This document shows, in pieces, positions 52,097 through 64,000 of a stretch of DNA of 64,000 nt. Numbering within the stretch: the stretch's first letter is position 1; every line of letters begins with the position of its first letter. The notes beneath the pieces were generated by a model. The model saw only the letters and a program-made list of their open reading frames with translations. It ran no database searches and was not told the origin of the DNA. Position numbers and translations under genes: made by a program. The DNA is from Yuukianura sp. NJ FZ-2021 (Eukaryota), in assembly GCA_046563655.1 (NCBI GenBank), contig CM102287.1, forward strand, positions 10,106,001-10,170,000. Direction: 5' to 3'.

Positions 52097-55067
52097 TCAG
52101 TTGAATGGAAAGCCGGGCTGGGAAGGATGAGGAGTCGGAGCACGACTGTTGTTCGGATCTTGACTTCCCGGAAGAGCAGGATAGGGGAGCCCTTGACCCC
52201 CGGGGGGACCGTAAGGAAACCCTTGACCTCCTGGAAAAGGAGCATAGGCATAAGGTGGTGGGTACTGGACTCCTTGCATTCCATAATGATAAGGACCTTG
52301 ACTTCCTTGAGGAGGTACTGGACAAGGATAACCTCCATAAAATCCTCCTCCAAATCCATAAGGAGGAAAAGCTGGGTGCATTGGACGGGGTGGTGACCAA
52401 ATACTGCGAGTAGCATTTCCATAGGTTCCTGGAGTAATTGGAAACAATGTGTCCAGCTTCTTCAGGAACTCATGCATTTCTTCATCAACCCAATTCTTCG
52501 GTTTCTTGTTCAGTCTGGCCATCCTCTTCAGAAACTTCTTACGTTTCGCCATCTTCTCTTCAACATCTACAAAGATCAAGAAAACTGTTACTTAACTAAT
52601 CAATTTTCAATTGTTAATTGATTTATCAAGTGTGAACTAACCGTCTATGCTGGTCCACAAAACCTTGATGAACTCCATGGCTAGACGACGTTGGATGGTA
52701 AGCTTGCCGGTAGTCATTTTGATCAAACTTGAAATTCTTGACGATGTCCATCCATCCATGAAAACAATCCGGAGCAAAGCGTCTCTCCATATTGGATACT
52801 CCTGCTCTTCGTCCATCTTGACCTTCCCATATTCCTCCAGAAATGCCACAATTCGTTCTCCGACATCATCCTTCTTGTAAAACTGAGCAGCACTTGACAA
52901 GGGGTTCCCAATGATAAAGTTCATCTTCTCGTGGATAAATGAAGCTTCTAACGGGAACTTCTTCAGAGCAGTGTCAATGACCTCTCCAAGGCCAAACGTA
53001 TCTTCGTAAGTTCCACTCTCAACGAAACTTTGACCTTCGTCTTCTTCCTCTTCTTTTTCCGAGTCTGCACTTTCGGTTTCTCTCATTCTCTTCTCGAGCG
53101 GTTCGTCAGTGTCATCAGTTTCCATTGACAGGAGTCCGACAATTTGGTTATCGCTGTACGTAATCCACTCCTTCCAGTCTCCCGGCTTTTGTCCATCTTT
53201 GGACAAAGTTTTGACTGTGTTGATCTGAAATAATTCAAGTATCAAGTGGTAATTAGTTTTAATAGAGGTGGATCCGGTATTTAGTAATTTTGTTTATGAC
53301 TTACCCATGCTTTGTAATCGTTGAGAGTGAGAAAATCGAGAACATGGGCTTCGGCATAGACATTTCTCAAATTGTCCAAAACGATGTGAAGCAGTGGCCG
53401 ATTGTCGTCAACTAGATCCAGAATTTTGTAATGTGCTGCGATGAAGCTGGAGTACATTGGTTTCCGCTTTGATTCTTCAACAGACTTGGTCCCTTTATGA
53501 AACATTGCAAAGCATTTCCTGTTTACAAATAAAAGTGAGTTTAAAGACGTGATTAATCAATTTAAAAGTAAAGGAAAAATAAGTTGGGCTTACCGTATAT
53601 TCTGTTGGTCCAACACGTCACCTTCATATTTGGGGTCAATGAAAACAAGAGCCAGAAAAGTGTAGGTTTCATCGAACGCGGCGCATGCTTCTTCGAAATT
53701 CCTAAAAATTAAAAAAAAAGCTAAAAGAATACTATAAAGAAAATTAAAAAAGTTATGAGAGTCCTACGTCTGGATATGGGTCATCAGTTCATGAAATTCT
53801 TTGACACTAACTTCAGCGTTGAGACTCATTAATCGGATGTAGAATTTTGGATTTTCACCAATAGCGGCATTCGCGCGTCCAGATTTTATGATACTGTGGA
53901 GCGCTTTCAGGGATTTGTCAGAGTCACGCATGAGGTCAACTTCAGTTCCTTTGCCCTGAGTCAAAAACAAACAAAAAAAACTAAGCAAACCAAAAGTTTA
54001 CCGCCAGAATCTTGGAATTCTAACCACAGAATCTTGGAGCTCGGCGTCCAACATCTTTCTGTGGGTCAGTTCTAGCTGGAACCACTGCAAAAACGAAAGT
54101 TTATCTCACTAAAAGCAATCTCAGCTGGACAAAATAAGCGAAGATTGAGACTTTAAACTTACGGCGACATAGCCTTCAATGTTGTTAGGATGGAAACGAA
54201 TACACTCCAGAATCTTCCTACGACAATCTAAAATGCCCTTTGTCCCTTTGTATTGAAGTGGATAGAAGCTAGCTTCAATCCAAATGGTCGGATTCGTCTG
54301 TCCAAGAGTTTCAATACTTTTCTGGTACACGTCTCCCACAGAATCAAACCATCCCTGAAAAAAAAACACCACAAACTATTCACTTTTTATCAAAATTCTT
54401 TAGTTTTTCCTATTTGTTCAAAATCTTACCAAATTAATGTAAGTGTTGACCCAATATCTCCAAAACTCAAGTTCAGCATTGAAATGACGTCGACCCACTT
54501 CGAACCGAGATCCCACAACGGCTAAAAAGTTGACACGAATCGTTTTCCGTATAGCCTTCTTGTTGTGTATTTCCATACCCTAAAACCAGCAGATATAAAT
54601 GGTTAAGATTGAAATTGGCTAATCAGAAGGGTAAATGTTGACACACCTTCAGAGTTTCCTCCAGTTGCTTCACAAGTCCCACCAAGTAGTTAATCAGCTC
54701 CACCAAATCATTCATGTCGCGACCTTGTCTCTGAAAATCCTCTTCCAGCTTTCGTAGCTTTCCGATCTTGCTTCTGCAAATAAAACAAACAAAATGGTTT
54801 CATTTCAGGTCAAATGGAAATCACGACTGCGCATGGTACATCTGAGCGGCCATTTTGGTGCTCTGGAACTGAAATTCATAATCATTACGTTCTTTATCGA
54901 TTGATGTACTATGTATGTACGACATTTCAACTGACTAACTATCACTTCATCGTAACCTTTGTAGATAAAACTTACTTGAGTTCATCCTTCGTCAGTAACT
55001 TGTTTTCCTTGACCACTGTCCAAACTGGTACTAGTTCCAGACTCTTTTCTTGAACGAAATGAGCCAT
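52097..55067 (-). CDS. UTP6: Divergent UTP6-like HAT-repeat protein with Pro/Gly/Tyr-rich tail
   Basis: N-terminus MAHFVQEKSLELVP...KLLTKDEL-KSKIGKLRKLEEDFQRQ and HAT-like FWRYWV, VYQKSI..NPTIWIEAS, RRKILECIRFHP..WFQLEL follow the UTP6 layout, but with low similarity. Confidence 0.6.
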
Positions 55068-55905
55068 AACTCTGACAATGGCAGTTAACCAACGTCCTTT
55101 AATTAATCAACTTCCAATTAAATACTACAATTAATCAAAAACAAAAGCAAAACGAACAGAACGATTAACAAATTAAATTAACAAATTCCTTCCAGGCCGG
55201 ACGAGTGTCCGGGTATCGGTTCAGATCCGGCGAAATACAAAAAAGCCGATGCCCTGTCGGTACATTCCCGCCGTGTACCGGATCTCGTGTTTCGGAATCA
55301 TCAGCTGATAACAAAAATTTTAAAACAGAAATTTCCCGCGCTTTCCAAACACGCGTCTCAAATTCGTCTTGGCCTTACACACATGAAAATTCTTGTGACA
55401 ATAGCAAGATCGTTTTGCTATTGTTACTTAAACTCTGTTAATCTTTCAGGTAATTAAAGTTAATTAGTAAAAGCAGATATGAATTACTAACTAGGTCTTA
55501 AAGTCTCTTCTCACGTTACGTAATTACCAAAAGTAATTACACTTTTTAGAATTTTAGTGGTGCTCTTTTCCTGTACAAGTTGTAGAAGATTTTGTGACCT
55601 TGACCGTGTGACCTCAACCCAATCTAAGAAAATTAGTCATTTCCGGTGAAGTTCCCTGTTCAGAATCCTTGTTTTGTTTTAAACAAAAGAATTAGGTTGA
55701 AAACAAAAGAGTGGATTGTTAAAATGAATTGAAAATGAGGAGCAGAGGATCGCTCCTTCCTCGGGTCAGGGATGATAAAATCCAAGGTCACGCAGATCAT
55801 CTCCAAATGCCCTCCAGCTAAAGTGATCTTCTTCCATTGTCTTTAAGATCACAGCATCTCTCCTGCTCCAGAGTCAGTTGCAGTTCCACTTCCGCCACGA
55901 GCACA

Positions 55906-56838
55906 ATGACCTCAAAACAGACACTTTCAGTCATTGCCCTCATGTGCTTGACCTTTGCCTTTTCTACTGCTGACACCGTAGACTGGCAGGATTGTGGTAA
56001 GTTAGGCGTCAAGTTGACCTCGGGTCAACGTCTTTCATTTTTTGAAGAAAATACGATTTTCTTAAATTTTTGAGAGATTTTTAGTAATTTGGGAAATTGA
56101 TGTAAGACAAATATCAGGTCGAAGTTTAACTAAGATTTTATGAAAATAAACGACAATTGTTTGAGTTTTTTTGAAATTTTGGAATTCTGTTTTTTTGTTG
56201 AAATTTAGGAACGACTCTGGATATAACTGATCTGAGAATTACGGGGTGTACAAAACAACCATGCATTTTTTACCAGGGACGAGAGTACAAGTTGGAGTTT
56301 GACGCCGTTGCGAGTGAGTTTAGTTCAAAAATCCTATGTTTTACAAATGTTTTTCAAAATTTTTTGGTTTTAGAAATCAAAATTTTGGCTTTTTGAATTT
56401 TTTTTTGAATTGCAGAGTCCTCTTCGAAGACGCTTCCGTATACAGTAAAGGCCAAGATTCTTGTTCCGTGGACAATTTTGCGTGGAGACGCCTGCGAAGA
56501 TCTGGCGAACGGATCCTGCCCGATTCTAGTCGGAGGCCAGCCATTTACTTTCCACAAAGACTTCTCTGCTGACCTCCCGTTTTTTGCACCCAGCAAGGTC
56601 AGGTCAAAGGTCAAATTCAAAAAGTCAGTTTTTTGAATTTTGAATTTTGAAATTTTAGATCCCGACGACCATCACTGCCGAGATGAAAGACGACGACGAC
56701 GATGTTTTATTGTGTGCTAAACTGGCAGTGGAAATCAGAAGTGCAGATTTAGATCCGAACCCACTCCCACCAACAACAGCCCCACCCACAACCAAGCCAT
56801 CGTTCGCCAAAAAGTTTTTCAGTTTCTTCGGAGCTTAG
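55906..56838 (+). CDS. NPC2: NPC2 / ML-domain lipid-binding protein (4 exons)
   Basis: Signal peptide, VDWQDCG, ITGCTKQPCIFYQG, GDACEDL..GSCPI, VLLCAK: the six-Cys ML pattern. Confidence 0.85.
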
Positions 56839-58064
56839 AAATTCTACAAAAAAATGTTCAAAATTCCAAAATCTACAATCTAGACTTCACAATTTTAAAT
56901 TCTAAACAAATTCTACAAAGACTGACATCACGAGATGAAAGACTGAAAAATACACTTTACTTTTACTTGACTAGAATTCAAGATTCGTGTTGTTTTCAAA
57001 ATTTTGGAAACTTTTCTGAAAAAGTTCAATAAAATGAATTGATTCCCAATACTCCAACTGTCATAACCTTGGATCCAAAACCTAAAATTTTGGAATTAAT
57101 TGGCACTTATCAACTTTCCTGTTGCAAACGTCGAAACTGCTTTCTCTAGAAGTCGATTGATTATCCTAAAAAAGTCAATTTTTGTGGAAGTGTGACGAAT
57201 TCCATTGTACTTCACAAGAAAGTGACGATAAAGTCAATGGTCAATAAACGCTTTCAAATGTTTCCAAAAAATGAAATTCAAACACAATCCACGAAAACCG
57301 GAAAGTTTATGAATTATGCAAAGAACTTGAAAAAAAAATCTCGTCGAATAACAAAAAACGCTACAGAAAAGAAATTGAAAAAAAAATAGAACAAAAAATC
57401 GAGCTCTTTTTATTAGAAAAAACACCGTCCGAAGTTTTCACGAATTCCTCTTGCGAGCTAAACCTCCTTCAAATTTTAAGTTGGATGTTCATTCTCTTGA
57501 TTTTTTTTCGAAATTCGTATGTTTTAGAATGATGCATTTACATTTTCAATGGCTGGGAGGGTTTTGATGAGTTTTGGAACATTGTAGTTTAGAATTTTAA
57601 AAATGGGAAACGAGGTCAATAGGTCAGGTCACCTCAGTTGGGACAGTCAATGTTTGTCCACAAAAACGCGGTGTCCATCATATCATGTGCATGTTCGTCA
57701 CAAAACGGTTGACAGGAGTGATCGATTTTCAATACGCCATTTCCAATTCAGTTCCCAAAAAATGACACCATTTCATCAACTTCAAAAAAATTCAAAAAAT
57801 TAGGTCACTCCAGTTTTGGCAAAAACTTCAAAAGGTCAAGTGTGTGGCACTTACAGGTCAATTTCCCCAATTTTTGGATTTTTTTGACAAGGTATGTCCA
57901 AAAAAATTATGCAAAAATTTCGCGAGTTGTGACATTTAAAATTGCGTCGGCGGAAAAACTCCGTTCTGAGAGAAAGCAATTTCGCAAAAAAACTTTTTCC
58001 GAGAAGAAAGTTGACGACTTTCTCCCGTCATCGTCAGTATCTTTTGAGACACAAAAGTGACAAC

Positions 58065-61000
58065 ATGCAGTCAGCACTTTGGTCAACAACACTTTGGTCA
58101 ACAAAATTTTCAATTGTGACAATAGCACTGTTGTTGCAGGGGTCACACGGAGCGGGGTCAAGGTCAAGCGGTCTCGTGGTGCTTGACAGACGCCGTGACC
58201 TGGCTCCTGATTGGTCAACAGCAAATTGCACCTATGCAGAAATCTACGCAGATTTTAACAAACTGCAGTGTCGTCTCAGCATAGACACACCGAAGAAAAT
58301 CGTTGAAGAATTTCAAGAGTTTCCGAGAAAAAGAGGGTTCTGGACGCCCTGCACCCAGAAACGCTGCGAAGTTAGTTACATGCTCAAATCTAACAGAGGT
58401 CACGCAGAGGTCACGGAGGGCGTGACACTGGTCACTGTCCATGGATTTCTAAGTGGACGCGGAGGAATTGAGGTCACGATGACCAATTCTGCAAAAGGTC
58501 ATCACGATCAGGTCATCGGAAAATTAGTTGCAGTTGATCGCTGGTCGGAAGAAATGTTTTCAATTTCCGGACTTTCTGAAAACACTGTAAGAAATTTTTC
58601 ACAGTTTTCATGCCGTATAAATAAAAAAATAATTTTGACATAACCTTTTTGCTTTGATTTAAAAATTTTTTAGACTTTTGCATGTGGCCTAAAATAAAAT
58701 TTTTACGCGGCGTTTTTATCTCTCAAAATTTATAAAAAATTCATTCCAGAAAATGTTAAATGGTGGTTCTATTTTCCAAAATTCAGATTATTTAGTTTTT
58801 TTTTTGTTACATATTTCATAATGTTACTTTTTTTTGCCAAATTCTCACAATCGAAATCTATTTTTTTAAATTTGTGTTGAACAGCGTTTACAAAACTTTT
58901 CTTGTAAACGACGGTTCAAAAAGAATCTAAAAAAAAAGTTAGATTCGGATTTTCATTTTCGGTTTGTGAAGCTTTTTTAAAAATTGGATTCAGGTCAACA
59001 AACTACGTTTAAAAATTTATGCAATTCAAAATCCACAATTCCGGGGTTTATTGTCTCCTTGAATCAAAATTTCCATCGCTTTCCCTCTTCACTTATTCAC
59101 TTCCTCGAAAGTGCTTTTGTAAAAAGTCAACGACTTTTTGGAAAATTACAACTTTTTGAAAAATGAAAAAAGCCTTTTTTTATTTGTGAATTCGAATTGC
59201 GAAAAATGTTTTTGTTTGGCTAGAAATTGCATGATGACGACTTTTTTTTTGAAAATCGATACATCGCTCTAGCTTGATTATTTATGTATTCAGAACATCC
59301 ATCATACACCTCTCATTTAAAACGACGTTGCATGTCTGCCTACGCTTCGAATTCAAAATTTTGAAAAACTCTTTTTTCTAAACTTTAGATGCTCAAAATT
59401 GTTATAACTCAGCCGTCCTATCCAGACGATTTGGCAATTCTGGATCGTGTTACAATTCACACAACTCGAAAACATGCAAATGACGCTGCATTGAGGACTC
59501 TCCTGATACCGAAAACCGGAATTCGTTCCGTCACGGAACCCACGACCTTTGACCCCAAAAATCCGAATTCTGGAAGGTCAATGACTTTTGACCCTCAAAG
59601 TCCGAATTCGGGAAGGTCACTGATTTTTGACCTCAAAAGTTCGAATTCTGGAAGGTCAATGACTTTTGACCCCAAAAGCCCAAGTTCGGGAAGGTCAATG
59701 ACTCTTGACGTCAAAAGTCCGAATTCTGGAAGGTCCTTGATTTTTGAGCTCAAAAGTCCGAATTCTGGAAGGTCAATGACCTTTGACCCGAAAAGTCCGA
59801 ATTCGGGATGGTCAACGACCTTCCCGATCCTGAAGCTAAAAACAAGAATGCCGTATTTTGTGACAACTCCAATGCCAAAGCTTACTTCGATCAACGAAAC
59901 TTTTTCTGGAGCGACTGGAAACAGTAGACTGGAAAACGAAACTTTGGAAAGCTCAACCAATCAAACAACGACTTCAGGAAGCTCACCCAATCACAAAAAT
60001 GAGTCTGACTCTTTGACTTTTAGCACTCATCCAAGTCCAACAGAGGCCATCATTATTCTTACTACTCAAAATTCCCAAAATTCAAATTCTGAAATTTCAG
60101 AAATTTCAACTACTTCAAATCCTGGAGCTCCAGAAACTTCAAAAACTTCAACTTCTGCAAATTCCAATTCTGAAACATCCGAAGCTTCAACGTCTGCAAA
60201 TTCCAAAAATTCAAATTCTGAATCTTCAGAAGCTTCAACCCCTGCAAATTCCAAAAATTCAAATTCTGAATCTTCAGAAACTTCAACCTCTGAAAATTCA
60301 AAAGCTTCGAATTCTGAAACGTCAGAAGCTTCAACTGCTGCAAATTCCAAAAACTGGGACACTCAAATGCCGACAAAATTTACAATGATAACTGCTGATC
60401 AAATGCTAACAAACAACAACGTCAAAAACGCTTTAGCACTGGAAAGCGAAGAAGCGACAACTGAGATGCGTGTAATCACGACGCTGGAACCGGAAGTTTC
60501 AGCGACGTCTGAAACGACTTCTGCCCCTGTGCAGTCCACATCAGCAGCTCAACATTCCGAAAATACCGTCCAAAATTCCGAAACCGCTGGTACAACGGCA
60601 TCTGACTCCGAATCGACACCGAACCCAACAATTCCTGCAGAACAAGGAAACATTGATTTCAAAACGACGCAACAAACAAATCCCGAAATCGAAACAACAT
60701 CAACGACAAATTCCGAAAAAAGTAGCAGCCCCGACGCCTCAACTGCAAATCAAAATTCACTAGAAACGAAATCAACTGTTCCTGCGTCATTTGAAACAAG
60801 CGGAGTAGTTTCGTCTGCATCATCCACAAAATCATCCACTGATTTTGGTACCGTTTCGCAGACAGAACCGGTACCCACAAAATCCGTTTCAGACGATACT
60901 TCAGTTCCAGGACCAGAATCAGATACGACAAAAGTTGACAAAGAGTTGACGTCGCCCGCTACGCAGCTTCCTACGTCAATGACGTCAGTCATGACGGAGT

Positions 61001-62394
61001 CAGAGTCTAAGGAGACAAATTCCGAAGTATTGGATACAACTAAAGCGGCAGAAAGGGAACAAGGACAAACTTTTGCAACATCTAAATCCTCTGAAATGCA
61101 ACCGACTGAAACTGTTTCGGATCCAAAAACTACGGTACAAGCTGAACCGGAATCTGAACCAACTTTAGCAACTACCGAATCCAAGAATGAAACTGCTTCG
61201 GATTCAAAAACGACGGTACAGATTGAACCGGAGCCGGAACAAACGTTAGCAACTGCTAAATCCACTGAAGCAGCTGAAAACAAACCGAATGAAACTGTTT
61301 CGGATTCAAAAACGACGGTACAGGCCGAAGCGGAGCCGGAACAAACAACTGCTAAATCCACTGAAGCAGTTGAAAGCAAGCGGAATGAAACTGTTTCGGA
61401 TTCGAATACGACGGTAGAGGCTGAACCGGAGCCTGAAGCCAGCTCAGAAGTAACTGCAACTCCGCAATCCGAAACGGTACCATCAACGTCTGAAACGAAA
61501 TCAACAATTTCTGCAGAAACGGAAAAAAGTATCAACTCCCAAACGACATCAGCTTCATCGGAACCCGAACCTCAAGCTACCAACGAATCAAGAGCTACTG
61601 CTGCTTCTGAACCAGAACCACAAACAAGTTCGGAATCCAAGGTCACGGATTCTTCCGAACCAGAACCCGACGCAAGCTCAGAATCCAAGGTCACGGATTC
61701 CTCCGAACCAGAACCAGAAACAAGTTCGGAATCCAAGACAACACCAGTGTCGGAACCAGAACCAGAAGCCACAGCCAGCTCAAAGTCTCCAGAACCAGAA
61801 CCCACAACTAAACCAGAACCAGAAGCTGAACCAACATCTAAATCAGAACCAGAAGCTGAACCAACAACTAAACCAGAACCAGAAGCTGAACCAACAACTA
61901 AACCAGAACCAGAAGCTGAACCAACAACTAAACCAGAAGCTACGATGGCTTCACCAAAATCCGATACCAGGTCAGAGACAACTGCCGTACCAGAACCAGA
62001 ACCAGAAACGTCAGTTACAAAACCAACAGAATCTTCTAAACCAGAACCAGAAACGTCAGCTGAATCTGGTACGAAGAGCTCAACAGCAAATCCGTCAGGG
62101 AATTCCGGAGAATCTAAAACTGACGGTACAAATCCAACTTCGCGGAACAATCCGGAACCAAAACCAACGAGTAGTTCGTCGGCAGAGAACTGTACCGAGG
62201 AAACCGGTACAGCGAAACCGGATTCTCCGGTAAACGACTCCTTTTCATCAGAGAATCGGAGTATGGCCAAATCGTCGTCTACCCCATGGGGACTTTACAT
62301 TGGAATTCCAGCAGGAGCAGTCGTTTTTGTGACGATTCTGGCCGGAGGCTATTTTCTCAAAAAGAAACGCGAACGGGGGACAGTCACACCTTGA
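58065..62394 (+). CDS. Type I membrane mucin-like protein (Cys-containing N-domain, long S/T/E/P repeats, C-terminal TM)
   Basis: Exon 58065-58586 (signal peptide, Cys domain) spliced to 59389-62394. TM WGLYIGIPAGAVVFVTILAGGYFL followed by the stop-transfer KKKRER. Confidence 0.8.
59540..59822 (+). repeat. Coding 39-bp tandem repeat (MTFDPKSPNSGRS, ~7 copies)
   Basis: Directly visible in both DNA and translation. Confidence 0.9.
61790..61940 (+). repeat. Coding 30-bp tandem repeat (KPEPEAEPTT)
   Basis: Directly visible in both DNA and translation. Confidence 0.9.
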
Positions 62395-62541
62395 AAAAAA
62401 TCAATTTTTAAAAACTTCCATTTTAATTCCAAAATTTACCGTACCTTGCATCACAATTAACTTTTAAATGTAAATCACATGATCATGACGTTCACTTGAC
62501 GTTTGTTGACGTCAAAAACGTTCACTTGACGTTTTTTGACG

Positions 62542-64000
62542 TCAAGCGCCTTGACTTGACGTTGTTGGCGTATTGACGGGTTTGAAATATGACTGAATCG
62601 ATCGCATGCCAAATCCTTCTGTCGCCTTTCCCCTCTTCCCCCCTCTGGAATCCTCAGTTGACCTTTGACCTTTCCGCTTCGTTGTTGGCTTAATTCGTTT
62701 CGGCAAGGTCACGGGCTCAAACGTTTTCTTGTCGTTTTTGTCCACCGCTGCTGCTAACGGCGGCAAACCGTTGATTTCACGCTGAACGTCTTTGGCATAA
62801 TGATAGTCTTTGTGAACTTCAAGGTCCCATATTCTAAATTTTCAAAATTTCAAAAAATTTAGAAAACGAACTTGAAATAACTTAAAATTTTTTGATAACT
62901 TACACAATTAATTGTCCACATCTGTCACACTTTTTGGACAAGGCTTTGAGCGGAACTTTTCTGCTTGGAGTGCACGTTGGCGCGGCGTCAGTTTCAGTTT
63001 CAGCAGAGGTCAAAGGTGATTTGGGTGAAGATTTTTCATTTTGAGGATTTTCAATCTGAAAATCTTCATTTTCAGAATTTTGAATCTGAGAGTCTTCATT
63101 TTCAAAATTCTCTAAACTTTCTTTCCCGAGTTGTAAAATGTTTTTATCACTTTCACTCTGGATTGAATTTCTGTTAAAAACTCCTTGGCAAAAGTCTTCT
63201 TCGAAATCACTTTCTCCAAACTTGTTCAATTTTTCAGCAATAAGCTTCTCGCCTTGCGCAATTCGTTCAAAAAAATCTTCAGTGTTTTTTACCACTCCAT
63301 AAAACGGATTTCCAATTCGCTGCTGCAGCGATAGCGCTTGCAGCGATTCTGATTGAAAACTGGATTTGGAAGTTGACGGAGGAAAGAATGATTTGGATGT
63401 TCCCGGTTGGGGTGACAAATCGGCAGAAACGGCGGAAGTGGTCGGATTGCGATGAATTTGAAATGGAATTTGTTGATCGGTGAGGTCAAGGTCACTTGGT
63501 CTTGTGACTGTGCAAGAAGGTTTAGCTTTTTCTGGTTGTTTTGTAAAGAAGGAATCAATTTTCTGAAAAGCGGTGGAACTGAGCTCATGTTCGAATTTAC
63601 TGGCGATTAATCCAAGACTTGTGATGGGCAGGGTACTGTAGTTGGATATGAACAGAAAGTTAATTAAAATTGTTAATTACTCTTAGTTTTTAGCTTCATA
63701 TGCAATAAACATTTGTGCTTACGGATTTCTGAAATAGATTTTTTCAATGACTTGGTAAACTTCGGTGGCCATTCGAACAGAGTCGTATGAAGGATGACCA
63801 CATGATTTAGATATTTGATTTCCATCTTCAAATCTTATGTGCAATGTCAATGATTTGGACCTCCGATTGTTCTAAAAAATGAAAATAGTTGAATGTAGGT
63901 TTGGCAAACTTTGAAAATGTGGAAAATTTTGAAAATCCTTGCCGTTTCAAAGTCCTTTTGAATCCTTTCCACCACTTCAGCGCTCAACTGTTCGATCCAG
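62542..64000 (-). CDS. POLH: DNA polymerase eta, 3' portion (5' end lies beyond the window)
   Basis: Little-finger segment (RSKSLTLHIRF...PITSLGLIASKF), UBZ zinc finger (CDRCGQLIV..VHKDYHYAKDVQRE), basic NLS and terminal PIP MRSIQSYF. Confidence 0.88.

Noticed and set aside
59595..62270. Long antisense ORFs opposite the mucin exon
   Set aside because: These are shadow frames of S/T/E/P-rich repetitive coding sequence.

Overview
This is gene-dense, AT-rich eukaryotic genomic DNA from an invertebrate, with many short (~60-90 nt) GT-AG introns. The gene content and F-box/LRR style suggest an arthropod, possibly a springtail; that is inference only. About 24 intron-containing protein genes can be assembled by hand, in order: WDR27-like, CFAP45, a gustatory-receptor-like membrane protein, a compact midnolin, a stand-alone P2X7-ballast/KolX-like Zn-domain gene, CstF-64, SPEF1 and DNAI1 (head-to-head), TRNAU1AP/SECp43, a GAS2-like protein, two orphan secreted prepropeptide-like genes, a two-domain Kazal inhibitor, an orphan, two tandem four-TM paralogs, an F-box/LRR protein, guanine deaminase, DNA ligase 1, UCH-L3, a very divergent UTP6-like protein, NPC2-like, a mucin-like type I membrane protein and the 3' half of DNA polymerase eta. 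There is also one tRNA-Lys(CTT). Features most worth follow-up: an intronic 126-bp tandem array whose every unit folds into a pre-miRNA-sized hairpin; a LIG1 with a Cdc9-like two-ATG layout (putative mitochondrial presequence, then a PIP-box start); the solo ballast/KolX gene; a secreted amphipathic-peptide plus Kazal cluster; a fully compensated divergent tRNA-Lys; and window-wide perfect DR1 (TGACCTTTGACCT) motifs. Gene identities come from recognising motifs by eye, not from database searches. CDS coordinates span first to last codon and include introns.
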